DNA from: a candidate division WWE3 bacterium
GTDB lineage: Bacteria > Patescibacteriota > WWE3 > UBA101185 > UBA10185
DNA: 64,000 bases
Direction: 5' to 3'
NCBI GenBank assembly: GCA_003599255.1
Contig: QZJF01000005.1
Location: 32,985-96,984 of the forward strand
A model generated the notes under the pieces. The model did no database searches. It had not been told where the DNA came from and saw only the letters and a list, made by a program, of their open reading frames with translations. Positions 49,154 through 60,533 of the stretch are shown one piece after another (position 1 is the stretch's first letter; every line of letters starts with the position of its first letter). The position numbers were made by a program, and so were the translations under genes.

Positions 49154-49888
49154 ATGCAATTACTGCCCTTGGATTTAGCTGCATTCTTGTCAAAATATCT
49201 TTATCTGATAATCACTTTTGTGATGATTCAGGGTTCGTTGACTTTTGTACTTTTATTTTTATTCATAGATAAAATTACCAGCTCCAGAAAAGTTAAGACG
49301 CAGGAATTGCTGGCAAAACAGGACGCATATGAAGAATCCTTACGTATTCTAAACGATTCCAAAGCACAATCATCCAAGCTCATCCTTGCAGCGCAGGAGC
49401 AGTCTGCCAAAATAATTCAGGGGACAAATTTTCTCAATGATTCATTTAAAGAAAAATTTGCAGAAGAGTTAAAAAGTCTTGTAGATCGTCAGGAGAGCGT
49501 TTTCAAAAATGTTGCGGATGAATTATCCAAGCAATACCAACAGGCTTTTGAGCAGGAAAAGATAACGACGCTGAGCGAACTTACCAAGGTCTCCGATACT
49601 TTACGTTCCGATATGCTGACAAAAGTTGACGAATTTAAATCTGTGTTAGAAAAAAATACTGTGGAGGCAGAGACGGAACTTAAAGGGAGAATTCAACAGG
49701 ATTATGATGAACTTAGTAAAAGGATGAAAGAGTACGAAACCATAAAAATTCAGAAAATAGATGAGAAGATATTTCTTATACTTACCCAAGTTACTAAAGA
49801 CATATTAGGATCGGCTCTTACCATAAATGAACAGGAAGAACTGGTATTTAAGGTGCTAAGTGATGCAAAAGTTAGACAAGGTATCTGA
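49154..49888 (+). CDS. atpF: F-type ATP synthase subunit b-like (N-terminal TM helix plus long coiled coil)
   Basis: One N-terminal TM helix (YLYLIITFVMIQGSLTFVLLFLFI) is followed by about 200 aa of charged heptad-rich helix. The gene lies immediately upstream of delta and alpha. Confidence 0.55.
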   Translation: MQLLPLDLAAFLSKYLYLIITFVMIQGSLTFVLLFLFIDKITSSRKVKTQELLAKQDAYEESLRILNDSKAQSSKLILAAQEQSAKIIQGTNFLNDSFKEKFAEELKSLVDRQESVFKNVADELSKQYQQAFEQEKITTLSELTKVSDTLRSDMLTKVDEFKSVLEKNTVEAETELKGRIQQDYDELSKRMKEYETIKIQKIDEKIFLILTQVTKDILGSALTINEQEELVFKVLSDAKVRQGI

Positions 49889-50402
49889 TATGTACACTTT
49901 AGATTCCCAAACAAAGCAAATAATTCTGGATACTTTAATGACACAATCTGCTGCTTTCGAGCTAATTGAGGAATTGTCATATGCTAATTCATTACTATAC
50001 AAATCTGAGCCTGATAGCGAGTCTACTTATGGTAAAGCGGTAAACAATGTGAAATATTCTGACTTATTGAATCAACTTTTTGCATCCGATGTTCAATCGG
50101 TAAGCCGACCTGAGGAATTATCCAGATTTGTCGAGGAGATCCATAACTGGTTGAAGGATATCGAGCCGGTTAGATACACTGTAGCTTTTAAGCCCGGGAT
50201 GGAGTTTACAAAAAACATGTACAAATGGACAAAAGAAAATATAAGTGGTCAGCACTTAATTGAAATAGAGACAAAGTCTGAAATTATTGGAGGAGTTATC
50301 ATCTCTGCAAATGGACGATATCACGATTTTTCTCTTGAAAAGATTATCAACCAATATTTTTCCTTAAACAAAGATGCAATCTTATCAATACTACAAAAAT
50401 GA
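49860..50402 (+). CDS. atpH: F-type ATP synthase delta (OSCP)-like subunit
   Basis: 180 aa protein between the b and alpha genes. The call rests on size and position; sequence similarity is weak. Confidence 0.45.
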   Translation: MMQKLDKVSDMYTLDSQTKQIILDTLMTQSAAFELIEELSYANSLLYKSEPDSESTYGKAVNNVKYSDLLNQLFASDVQSVSRPEELSRFVEEIHNWLKDIEPVRYTVAFKPGMEFTKNMYKWTKENISGQHLIEIETKSEIIGGVIISANGRYHDFSLEKIINQYFSLNKDAILSILQK

Positions 50403-51870
50403 ATACAACAAATGTCTGGAACTAACGGGCGAGACAGGCTATGTTGAAAGCGTGGTGCCCCCGATAGTTTATATAAATGGTCTTCCCGGAGTTCGATTTG
50501 GGGAAGTGGTTTATTTTGAAACCGGAGAAATGGGAATTGTAATATCTCTCGATTCAGATAGCGCGGAAGTATTGCTTTTTTCACGAAATCCTATTGTGGT
50601 AGGAACCCAAGCCGCCCGATCCGGCATGCCTTTAAAAATGCCCGTGGGAGGGGAGTATGTCGGACATTCTATTGATCCACTTGGAAGAAGTACCAGCGAG
50701 TCGGTTTATATTCCCAGGCCAACGGAATATCGTATATTGGACCGTCCTGCCCCCGGTATAGATATGAGGGAGAAGATAACACAGAGTTTTGAGACGGGAG
50801 TCGCCGTTGTAGATTTAATGATACCTTTGGGTAAAGGACAACGTGAGTTAGTGCTCGGGGACAGAAAGACAGGTAAAACGGAATTTCTGATGCAAGTATT
50901 ATTAACCCAGGCTAAACAAGGCAGTATATGTATTTATACGGGCATAGGAAAGAAAAAAGTTGATATCAAAAGAGCGGAAGAATTCGTACTTCGTCATAAT
51001 TTGACTCAAAATACTATTATTCTTTCAACAAGTTCAACCGATCCTCTTGGCTTAATTTATATCACGCCGTATGCAGCAATGACCCTGGCAGAGTACTTTA
51101 GAGACCAGGGCAGGGACGTTTGTATTATATTGGACGATTTATCTACACACGCGAAATTCTATAGAGAAATTTCATTAATTGGCAAAAGATTTCCGGGAAG
51201 AAACTCGTATCCGGGAGATATTTTTTATGCCCATTCCCGCTTACTTGAAAGAGCAGGAAACTTTAGGACGCAGCACGGTGTTGGGTCCGTAACATGTTTG
51301 CCGGTTGCAGAAACAATAGAAAGTGATATTTCAGGGTATATACAGACAAATCTTATGTCAATTACTGACGGTCATGTGTACTTCGACCATGAATTGTTTG
51401 AACAAGGAAGAAGACCTTCAGTAAATTATTTTTTATCAGTAACTAGGGTTGGTAGACAGACCCAAAGTAAGGTCCGTTGGGGAATTAACAGAGAACTTAG
51501 TAGTTTCTTAACATTGTATGAAAAAACTCAGCGATTTATACACTTTGGAGCGGAACTTAATGAAGGAATTAAGTCAACACTAAGCATGGGAACAAGAATT
51601 TTAAATTTCTTTGATCAGCCCATGGGACATACGGTCGGCATGGACATTCAGATATTAATTTTTTGTTTAATTTGGATAGGAGCAATTCCTGAAGAAGATT
51701 CCGCAAGACTACAATATATTACTAGTAAGTGCATGACATTGTATGACAGTAATGAGCAATTTAAAGACTTAGTTGGTAAGTTAATAGATGAAAGTAACGA
51801 TTTTAATGTGTTACTTGGGCGTATTAGTAGTCAATCGAAGCAAATAATGGAAATTATCGATAAAGGTTAA
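50374..51870 (+). CDS. atpA: F-type ATP synthase alpha subunit
   Basis: The P-loop [10 protein letters not shown] matches alpha [19 protein letters not shown] matches [43 protein letters not shown] matches [34 protein letters not shown]. Confidence 0.85.
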   Translation: [498 protein letters not shown]

Positions 51871-51880
51871 ATGAAGTAAT

Positions 51881-52756
51881 ATGCAGAATAAGAAAGAATT
51901 ATTAGACGAAATAGCAACATTAACCAGCTTAAAAAACATAGTCGAGTCGTACGAAGAAATAGCTGCTTTAAGAATGAGAAAAGTTAAAAAATCTGTTCTT
52001 CAAAACAGAGAATTCTTAACCGGACTTGATGATTTATATCAAAGAGTTATGTTTACCTATAAGTCTTATATTGAGCAGAAAAAAACTGATAAAGACAAAA
52101 AAACATGGTTACCTCTTAACACTAATGGAAAGACTGTATCCGTATTAATATCTTCAAACACAGGATTATATGGCGAAATAATTAGGACATCGTTTGATTA
52201 TTTTATTGACAATATACGAAATAAAAGTACAGATGTTGTCATATGTGGAAGAATAGGCAAACAATTATATGATTCTCTTATTTCCACAGGAAACAGTTTA
52301 CCCGAGTATCAATTCTTTGACCTTCAGGATTCAGGTGTAAATCAAAATGAATTAAAGAAAATTCTTGATTTTATATTAAATTATTCAAATGTCGTAGTGT
52401 ATCATGGATTATATGTCAGTGTTTTGAGTCAGCAACCTACGGCAACTTTTGTTACAGGAAAAGCACTTGAAGTCCAGAGTGCAGATAAAGCAAACGAGTT
52501 GAAATGCATTATTGAGCCTTCTGTACTGGAAGTTACCGAATTCTTTGAAAAACAAATTTTGTCTTCAATTTTCGAACAATCAGTCTACGAAGCTAGTTTA
52601 AGTAAATTTGCATCCAGGATGGTCAGTTTAGATCTTGCCAACGAAAATATTTCGGAGCAAATAAAAAAAGTTAATTTTAAAAAGTTAAAAGTAAAGCACA
52701 ATGATGACAATCTTCAGCAAATAGAAAGGTTGTCCGGTATATCTTTGTGGTCTTAG
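51881..52756 (+). CDS. atpG: F-type ATP synthase gamma subunit
   Basis: 291 aa protein between alpha and beta. LKNIVESYEEIAALRMRKVKKSVLQNREF corresponds to the gamma N-terminal helix ([26 protein letters not shown]). Confidence 0.6.
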   Translation: MQNKKELLDEIATLTSLKNIVESYEEIAALRMRKVKKSVLQNREFLTGLDDLYQRVMFTYKSYIEQKKTDKDKKTWLPLNTNGKTVSVLISSNTGLYGEIIRTSFDYFIDNIRNKSTDVVICGRIGKQLYDSLISTGNSLPEYQFFDLQDSGVNQNELKKILDFILNYSNVVVYHGLYVSVLSQQPTATFVTGKALEVQSADKANELKCIIEPSVLEVTEFFEKQILSSIFEQSVYEASLSKFASRMVSLDLANENISEQIKKVNFKKLKVKHNDDNLQQIERLSGISLWS

Positions 52757-52765
52757 AATTAATAG

Positions 52766-54431
<1,666 letters not shown>

Positions 54432-54434
54432 CAA

Positions 54435-55088
54435 CTAGAGCTGATTTATGTCTACTAAGAACGATGGACCCATTGTTGAACATACATAAATGCTTTTGAT
54501 CCATTCAGCCTTTGCCTTGGCTGGTTTGTTCTGTTTTAGAGTGTTATACACTTCAAAAAAATTCTCTGTTAGTTGCTTATCGCTGAAGCTTTTCTTACCA
54601 ATGATAGTGTGAATAACGGGGGAGTCTTTCTCGGTCTTTATTTCAACTTTGCCCTTTTTAATCTGTTCTACGGCTGTTTGCACATCTTCAGTTACAGTAC
54701 CGGTCTTTGGGTTGGGCATTACACCCGCAGGTCCCAGTATTTTGGCTACTTTGGCTAATTTTGGCATGAATTTTGGCTCAGCAACTAATACTTCAAAGTC
54801 CACTTTAGGTCTTAATTTTCCTTTTTCAATGTTTTCGATGTCCGATTCACTAAGTTCAAGGTCAGCGTTGGTGACTTTTTTGGATGCTAACACGGCAACT
54901 TTTTTGGTTTTCCCTGTGCCATGGGGGAGTGTTGTAGAAAACCTCACCGACTGTTCTCCTGCCTTGGCATCCTTAATAAGATTAATATGAATCTCTATTG
55001 TTGAATCAAAAGCCGTCTTGGAAGTTTCCTGTGCTTTCTTAATGGCGGTTTCTACTGTATATAAATTCATATCTTTGTTTTTTTTCAT
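54435..55088 (-). CDS. rplA: 50S ribosomal protein L1
   Basis: 217 aa. FDSTIEIHINLIKDAKAGEQSVRFSTTLPHGTGKTKKVAVL is typical of L1, and the gene is directly downstream of rplK. Confidence 0.9.
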   Translation of the reverse strand: MKKNKDMNLYTVETAIKKAQETSKTAFDSTIEIHINLIKDAKAGEQSVRFSTTLPHGTGKTKKVAVLASKKVTNADLELSESDIENIEKGKLRPKVDFEVLVAEPKFMPKLAKVAKILGPAGVMPNPKTGTVTEDVQTAVEQIKKGKVEIKTEKDSPVIHTIIGKKSFSDKQLTENFFEVYNTLKQNKPAKAKAEWIKSIYVCSTMGPSFLVDINQL

Positions 55089-55093
55089 ATGTT

Positions 55094-55537
55094 TTATTTT
55101 TCAACCTCTACACCCATTGAACGGGCGATACCTGCAATAATTCTGCTTGCTTGACTCAGATCTTTTGTATTAAGATCCGGCATTTTGGCCTGAGCTATTT
55201 CTTCAATTTGTTTTTTTGTAAGTTTTCCGACTTTTTGCTTGTTGGGGACTGCAGAACCCTTGTCAATTTTCAGAGCCTTTTTAATCAAGTGGGATGCTAC
55301 CGGAGTCTTGGTTATAAAATTGAAGGATCTGTCTTCGTACACTGTAAGTATTACTGGAATGACGTCATCTCCCATTTGCGCAGTTTTAGCATTAAACTCT
55401 TTGCAGAAATCCATTATAGCTACACCATGTTGTCCAAGTGCGGGTCCGATCGGAGGTGCGGGGTTGGCTTTACCGGCTGGTATTGCCAACTTAACGATTG
55501 CTTTAATTTTCTTTCCTTTTTTTGGTTTTACTGCCAT
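55094..55537 (-). CDS. rplK: 50S ribosomal protein L11
   Basis: [52 protein letters not shown] is a canonical L11 N-terminal domain. Confidence 0.95.
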   Translation of the reverse strand: MAVKPKKGKKIKAIVKLAIPAGKANPAPPIGPALGQHGVAIMDFCKEFNAKTAQMGDDVIPVILTVYEDRSFNFITKTPVASHLIKKALKIDKGSAVPNKQKVGKLTKKQIEEIAQAKMPDLNTKDLSQASRIIAGIARSMGVEVEK

Positions 55538-55549
55538 ATATTTTAATAA

Positions 55550-56155
55550 TTAAAGCCTGGAAATTTGTGTGAAATCCAATTCTACAGGCGTTTCTCTTCC
55601 AAAAACTGATACAAGGACCTTGACTTTGCCTTGTTCCTCGTTCACTTCGTCAACTTTGCCCAGGAAGTCCCTGAAAGGTCCGTCCGAAATTTTTACCGAA
55701 TCTCCTACAGAGAACTTGGCTTCAAACTTAGGAGCTTCCATTTTAGCAAATTTCATCAATGTTTTGACCTCTGACTCCGGAAGGGGAGTAGGTGCTGATC
55801 CCATGCCTACAAATCCGGTTACACCGGGAGTGGATCGTACAACATACCATGCGTCATCATCCATTATCATTTGCACCATAAGATATCCGGGAAAAAGTTT
55901 TTCTTCGGTAGACCTTTTCTTTCCCTCTGTAACAACTATTTTCTGTTGCTGAGGGATAAACATCTTAAAAATTCTGTCGGTAAAGCCTCCGATTTCAGCT
56001 CTTTGCTTAAGTGTAGCGGCAACTTTATTTTCATGCCCGGAATAGGTATGCACAACATACCATTTGGCTTCCAACGGTATATCGGAATTAACGATAATAA
56101 CGCCGTCTTCCTTAGTTATATCTTTATCTATTGTGTTACTTTTACTGTTTGCCAT
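55550..56155 (-). CDS. nusG: Transcription termination/antitermination factor NusG
   Basis: KWYVVHTYSGHENKV in the NGN domain and the C-terminal KOW GDSVKISDGPFRDFLGKVDEVNEEQGKVKVLVSVFGRETPVEL. The gene sits between secE and rplK. Confidence 0.9.
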   Translation of the reverse strand: MANSKSNTIDKDITKEDGVIIVNSDIPLEAKWYVVHTYSGHENKVAATLKQRAEIGGFTDRIFKMFIPQQQKIVVTEGKKRSTEEKLFPGYLMVQMIMDDDAWYVVRSTPGVTGFVGMGSAPTPLPESEVKTLMKFAKMEAPKFEAKFSVGDSVKISDGPFRDFLGKVDEVNEEQGKVKVLVSVFGRETPVELDFTQISRL

Positions 56156-56160
56156 AAAAA

Positions 56161-56343
56161 TTAACCAATTAGACCGGTAAGGATTTCTTTAAATATATAA
56201 TCAAATCCGGTCACGAACAAGCCAACGACTAAACTAACACCAATAACATAGGCAGTCAAGCGAATAGTCTCATCTCTTGAAGGCCACTTAATGCGTTTTA
56301 ACTCTTCATATGACTCTCTGACAAAGTTTACTACTCTATTCAC
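56161..56343 (-). CDS. secE: Preprotein translocase subunit SecE
   Basis: 60 aa with a single TM helix. VRESYEELKRIKWPSRDETIRLTAYVIGVSLVVGLFV is SecE-like, and the gene lies upstream of nusG. Confidence 0.85.
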   Translation of the reverse strand: MNRVVNFVRESYEELKRIKWPSRDETIRLTAYVIGVSLVVGLFVTGFDYIFKEILTGLIG

Positions 56344-56426
56344 GTAGTGGATTCTAGCATTTTTTTTGATTGCAGCAAAGACTTTCGGGCATTTTCCGGA
56401 GGTAATGTTATAATATTCCGAGCCTT

Positions 56427-57032
56427 ATGTTTATTAGTCTTTTATTACAAAATCCGCTTATTTTTGTTCTGGTAGCCGCTGCGTTGATCGTTTCCATAAC
56501 TTTTCATGAATTCGCCCACGCGTTTTCAGCTGACAAACTGGGGGATCCCACCGCCAGATACCTTGGAAGGGTTTCACTTAATCCTGTAAAACATCTTGAT
56601 CCCATAGGAACAATGCTTCTTTTATTCGTGGGTTTCGGATGGGGGAGACCTGTGCCATTTAATCCGATAAATTTACAAAATCCAAAGAGGGATTCAGCAA
56701 TAATTTCTTTTGCCGGGCCGCTTTCAAATTTTGTACTTGCTTTTGTATTTGCGCTGTTGTTTAGGTTTGTCGGTGGAGTTGGGCTAATCGGTGATTTTCT
56801 GTATTTAAGTACATTTTATAATCTTCTTTTGGGATTTTTTAACTTATTTCCATTTCACCCGCTTGACGGATTCAAGGTTGTTTACGGACTACTCCCTATG
56901 AATTTGGCGTATCAGTGGCTACAGATGCAATCCTACGGAATGTACATTCTGCTTTTTATGATAATTACAGGTACAACCGGATCTATCATGGGTCCCTTAG
57001 TGAGTTTTTCTTTGAGATTGTTAGGTTTCTGA
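56427..57032 (+). CDS. Site-2-protease-family (M50-like) membrane metalloprotease
   Basis: HEFAHA (an HExxH motif inside a TM helix) plus NLFPFHPLDGFKV, the S2P LDG motif. The protein has about 6 TM segments and is 201 aa long. Confidence 0.6.
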   Translation: MFISLLLQNPLIFVLVAAALIVSITFHEFAHAFSADKLGDPTARYLGRVSLNPVKHLDPIGTMLLLFVGFGWGRPVPFNPINLQNPKRDSAIISFAGPLSNFVLAFVFALLFRFVGGVGLIGDFLYLSTFYNLLLGFFNLFPFHPLDGFKVVYGLLPMNLAYQWLQMQSYGMYILLFMIITGTTGSIMGPLVSFSLRLLGF

Positions 57033-57302
57033 ATAAGTCGTTAAACCGGAGTCATTTGACTGAAAGATGCGTTTTGTTAGAATGGAATAGATGGAGTTAC
57101 ATCCACTCCTGGTGTGCGCGTTCAATCTGAAGGCAAAGAATCACCTCAGCTGATTCTGAGATCAGACAACCCAGATCTTTATCCCACGGGATAAAAGGCA
57201 AGGTGTCTACTTCTAAACGAACGGGGTTTCTGCTTCAGGCCCGGCACATCGGGATGCATTTATTGCAAGTATAAAAGGTTCCGCCGAAAGGCGGAACTTT
57301 TT
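57033..57302 (+). promoter_or_regulatory. Candidate structured leader (riboswitch/attenuator or small ncRNA) ending in an intrinsic terminator immediately 5' of folD
   Basis: About 270 nt with no ORF. Local hairpins are AGTCA-ttt-TGACT, GGAGT-tacatcc-ACTCC, CTGAT-tctgag-ATCAG and ATCCC-acg-GGGAT. It ends in the perfect hairpin GGTTCCGCC-GAAA-GGCGGAAC plus TTTTT (57277–57302), 2–20 nt before the folD start. Confidence 0.35.
57277..57302 (+). terminator. Intrinsic terminator (hairpin plus U-tract) directly upstream of folD
   Basis: GGTTCCGCC GAAA GGCGGAAC TTTTT: a 9-bp GC-rich stem, a GNRA-like loop and a T-run. Confidence 0.65.
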
Positions 57303-57303
57303 A

Positions 57304-58131
57304 GTGGTGTATAATTCATCGATGGAAATTTTTAACGGTAATAGTCATGCAAAAGAGCTTGATAAGGTAATTGCCGAAAATATTAGATTGGTCAAAAGTT
57401 CGGATATTATGGCCATAGTTCAAATAGGGGATAACGAGGTTTCAGAATCCTATGTAAATCTTAAACTCCGATACTGTCGTAAAATGGGGCTTAACGCCAA
57501 GTTTTTTAAGTTCGACGCCTCATTGTCGGATAAAGAAATCTCAAAACAGGTTTCAAACATCTTTAGCGAAAAAAATGTCCGGGGAGGAATTATACAACTT
57601 CCGCTACCCAGAAAGAGTCTAAATAGTATCCTAAATCAGATTCCGCTAAACAAAGATATAGATAGGCTTTCGAGTACTTCATGGACCCAATCGGATACAA
57701 CTAGTGGGGTAGGATTATCACCGGTTGTCCGTGCGTTTAAGTTTTTTCTGAACACATATTCCATAGATATTCACAACATTTCAATTAAAATCATAGGTAG
57801 AGGTCCGCTTGTAGGAGTGCCAATAGAGGATTATTTGCTATCACGAGGGGTAAAACCGGGGTTTTTGGATAGCTATGTTGAGGGAATCCCTATTAGCGCG
57901 GACTTGGTGGTGACTTCGACAGGTATACCAAACCTAATAAAAGGATCTGACATACAATCGGGATGCGATGTTATTGACTTCGGTTCGGCCAAATTACACG
58001 GAAAAACCGTGGGCGATCTTGATTTGAATTCAGGGCTTGATCATCTGGCCAGAATTTCTCCTTCTCCCGGGGGTATGGGGCCGTTGGTTATAAGATTTCT
58101 TGTACTGAATTATCTTGGTGTTAATTTGTGA
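57304..58131 (+). CDS. folD: Bifunctional methylenetetrahydrofolate dehydrogenase/cyclohydrolase (probable true start at M57322)
   Basis: IDGKA-like N-terminus (FNGNSHAKELDKVIAENI), then AIVQIGDNEVSESYVNLKLRYCRKMGL, IQLPLPRK and the C-terminal GGMGPLVIRFLVLN. These match the FolD pattern. Confidence 0.8.
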   Translation: MVYNSSMEIFNGNSHAKELDKVIAENIRLVKSSDIMAIVQIGDNEVSESYVNLKLRYCRKMGLNAKFFKFDASLSDKEISKQVSNIFSEKNVRGGIIQLPLPRKSLNSILNQIPLNKDIDRLSSTSWTQSDTTSGVGLSPVVRAFKFFLNTYSIDIHNISIKIIGRGPLVGVPIEDYLLSRGVKPGFLDSYVEGIPISADLVVTSTGIPNLIKGSDIQSGCDVIDFGSAKLHGKTVGDLDLNSGLDHLARISPSPGGMGPLVIRFLVLNYLGVNL

Positions 58132-59137
58132 GTTTCAGTTTTTCCGCGAGTTCGACAACCTTTTCAACTACATCCTTCGGGGAGCTTGCTTTCATATTAA
58201 AACCTGCAGCCATTTTATGCCCGCCGCCGCCCATTAATTTTGCTAGCTGCGAAACATCTATGTGTTCGTAATGTGATCTTAGACTTACGTTATACATGTT
58301 ATTTTCGTCTTTAAGCTCGGTTACAACAAACACGAAGTTTGCGTTTCTGAGTCTCTTTATAATGTCAGCCGGAGGGTAGACTGTTTCATTAAGATTGATG
58401 TTGCGCTCCTCAAGATGTTTTTGCGTCAGGATTACATACGCCAATTTTCTTGCAGTATCCACTTCCATGTTAGTAAACACCAGACCCTTTAGTTTCATAT
58501 CTTCGTAATCTTCATTAAAATTCAATTTCCAAATAAGTTCGTATAGGCTAACACCCATATCCATATAGTCCGCTGCGGCCCGGAGATCTTCGGTTGTTGT
58601 AGTGTTGTACTGAAAAAACCCGTTGTCTGTAATGTTGCCCAGCAACAGGATCTTTGCGATGTCTTTGTCAATCTTAATGTTCATTTCCTTCAATAGTTCG
58701 TACAACACCGTGCAAGCCGACCCAAAGACCTTCACATAATTCAGGTCTCCATAATGAGAATTGGAGTCATGATGATCAATGTTCAGGATGGGTATTTTTA
58801 CATTTGGTGTAAAAGTTTGTGATTCTGCGATGTGTCCCAATTGTCCCGCGTCCAGTACAATTAACAAGTCATGTTTGGAGAAATCAAGGTTGTTTGGGTC
58901 AACATTCTCTTCTATCCCGCTGATATCGAAAATGTCATTAACAATTTCTCTTGTCCGTCCGCTAAATGCTCCGGTTCTGGTAATCCTTAAATCTATATCA
59001 AAATGTTTCTTTAAGACCTTTTGCAAGGCAACAGGAGCGCATAACGCATCAAAGTCAAACCTTGAGTCCATACATACTACGGGCTTTTTTGTTTTTTTCA
59101 GAAGTTCCAGAATTCTTTCCGGTGCATCATTATTCAT
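58121..59137 (-). CDS. DHH/DHHA1 phosphoesterase (NrnA-like oligoribonuclease / pAp phosphatase)
   Basis: DHH motifs VVCMDSRFDFDAL, LIVLDAGQ and NIDHHDSNSH, plus the DHHA1 motif GGGGHKMAAGF. Confidence 0.8.
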   Translation of the reverse strand: MNNDAPERILELLKKTKKPVVCMDSRFDFDALCAPVALQKVLKKHFDIDLRITRTGAFSGRTREIVNDIFDISGIEENVDPNNLDFSKHDLLIVLDAGQLGHIAESQTFTPNVKIPILNIDHHDSNSHYGDLNYVKVFGSACTVLYELLKEMNIKIDKDIAKILLLGNITDNGFFQYNTTTTEDLRAAADYMDMGVSLYELIWKLNFNEDYEDMKLKGLVFTNMEVDTARKLAYVILTQKHLEERNINLNETVYPPADIIKRLRNANFVFVVTELKDENNMYNVSLRSHYEHIDVSQLAKLMGGGGHKMAAGFNMKASSPKDVVEKVVELAEKLKLTN

Positions 59138-59156
59138 ACTTGGTTATTTTACTATA

Positions 59157-60434
59157 CTAGTTGATACTTCGATGACATGTAATTTCGGAGATTCCGGTTA
59201 AAATAGAGTTTTCATCCTCTTTTTGTTTCTCTGCCTCCTCCCAATCAAAATCACCGCGCACGTATGTCCTGGTATCTTTGTTACCCGCAACAGGGGGGAG
59301 GTTTCTCATTCCTATCTCATCCCCATAATATAGAATGTGCGCTCCGGGTAAATCGAAAAGTTTCCGATATGCTGAAAGGATTCTTCTTTTGTCACCGTTA
59401 AAAATTTCACCCACTCTTACGGATGTTTTGGAAGCAGGTTTCAGCGAATATTTATAATCGGGATCCATCCATTTACTCAGTCTTTTCTTGGTTTCGGGAT
59501 CCAACAGATACAAGGCATGCGAGTCGTGGTTATTCAGAAAAGTTGCCCATGAACAGGAATCAGGAATTCCTGAACTCTGATCGATTGCTGATTGTAGTTT
59601 ATCCTGAGAGTCTCCCATGAGTGAAAGCCACAGTTGTAACCCCAATACAAAATTCAGTCCTACGTGGCATTCATCGCCATTTCCGAAATACTTTTTAGCC
59701 TCATTTATTGGCAGATCATTTTCGGCCACAAGTATTGTTTCACTGCTTTTTTTCTCAATGTGCTTACGGATTTTACGCACTACATCATGTACTTTAGGTA
59801 AATTTACGCAGCTGGTCCCTTCTTCTTTGATAATGCGGGGGATAGAGTCTAGTCTAAATCCATCAACTCCCATGTCGATCCAGAAATCCAAAATTTTGAG
59901 CATTTCTTCAAGAACTGCGGGATTCTCCCAGTTCAGATCCGGTTGTTGAGGGTAAAAAGTTGCAAAATAATAATCGTTTGTATGTGTGTTTGGTATCCAA
60001 TTACTTGTTTTGATGTTACTGAAAGGATTTTCAGCCAGCAGCAGTTCTTTGCCTGTGTTGCTCCATATGTAGTAATCCCTGTAAGAACTCCTCAAGTCTT
60101 TTGAGGCATTTTCGAACCATATATGTTGGTTTGAAGTATGGTTAAGTGTTATGTCTATAATAACTTTAATATCCAGCACATGGGCTTCTGTAACGAATTT
60201 TTCGAAGTCATTTAGTGTTCCTAGTTCGCTTCTTACATTCAGGAAATCAGTAATGTCATATCCACCGTCAATCATTGGAGAAGGGTAGTGTGGAAGAAGC
60301 CATATCGCATCTATCCCCAGATTTTGAAGATAAGATAACTTGTCTGTTAAATTGATAAAGTTGCCTGCGAACTTATCTAAATACAGAGAATAAAATGTCG
60401 CATCTTTCCACCAATATTTTTTATCAGTATTCAC
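59157..60434 (-). CDS. GH13 α-amylase-family enzyme (α-glucosidase / trehalose-synthase-like catalytic domain only)
   Basis: All four GH13 regions are present: DITLNHTS (I), GFRLDSIPRI with the nucleophile Asp (II), ILVAENDL with the acid/base Glu (III) and FLNNHDSHA (IV). The N-terminal WWKDATFYSLY...GIDAIWLLPHYPSP...DGGYDITDF is typical. Confidence 0.8.
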   Translation of the reverse strand: MNTDKKYWWKDATFYSLYLDKFAGNFINLTDKLSYLQNLGIDAIWLLPHYPSPMIDGGYDITDFLNVRSELGTLNDFEKFVTEAHVLDIKVIIDITLNHTSNQHIWFENASKDLRSSYRDYYIWSNTGKELLLAENPFSNIKTSNWIPNTHTNDYYFATFYPQQPDLNWENPAVLEEMLKILDFWIDMGVDGFRLDSIPRIIKEEGTSCVNLPKVHDVVRKIRKHIEKKSSETILVAENDLPINEAKKYFGNGDECHVGLNFVLGLQLWLSLMGDSQDKLQSAIDQSSGIPDSCSWATFLNNHDSHALYLLDPETKKRLSKWMDPDYKYSLKPASKTSVRVGEIFNGDKRRILSAYRKLFDLPGAHILYYGDEIGMRNLPPVAGNKDTRTYVRGDFDWEEAEKQKEDENSILTGISEITCHRSIN

Positions 60435-60533
60435 ATTAGTATTTTAACAGTTGCAGGGGATTTATTTGAAACTATCAGAACGAGAGAGGAAGTGATATCC
60501 AAACTCGTTCTGATTGATTAAGAGCTTGCTGCT

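Noticed and set aside
56344-56426. Expected tRNA-Trp upstream of secE and any other tRNA in the window
   Set aside because: The 83-nt spacer and the 57033–57302 region show no cloverleaf with a T-arm GTTC(G/A)A signature on either strand. I recognised no tRNA anywhere in the window.
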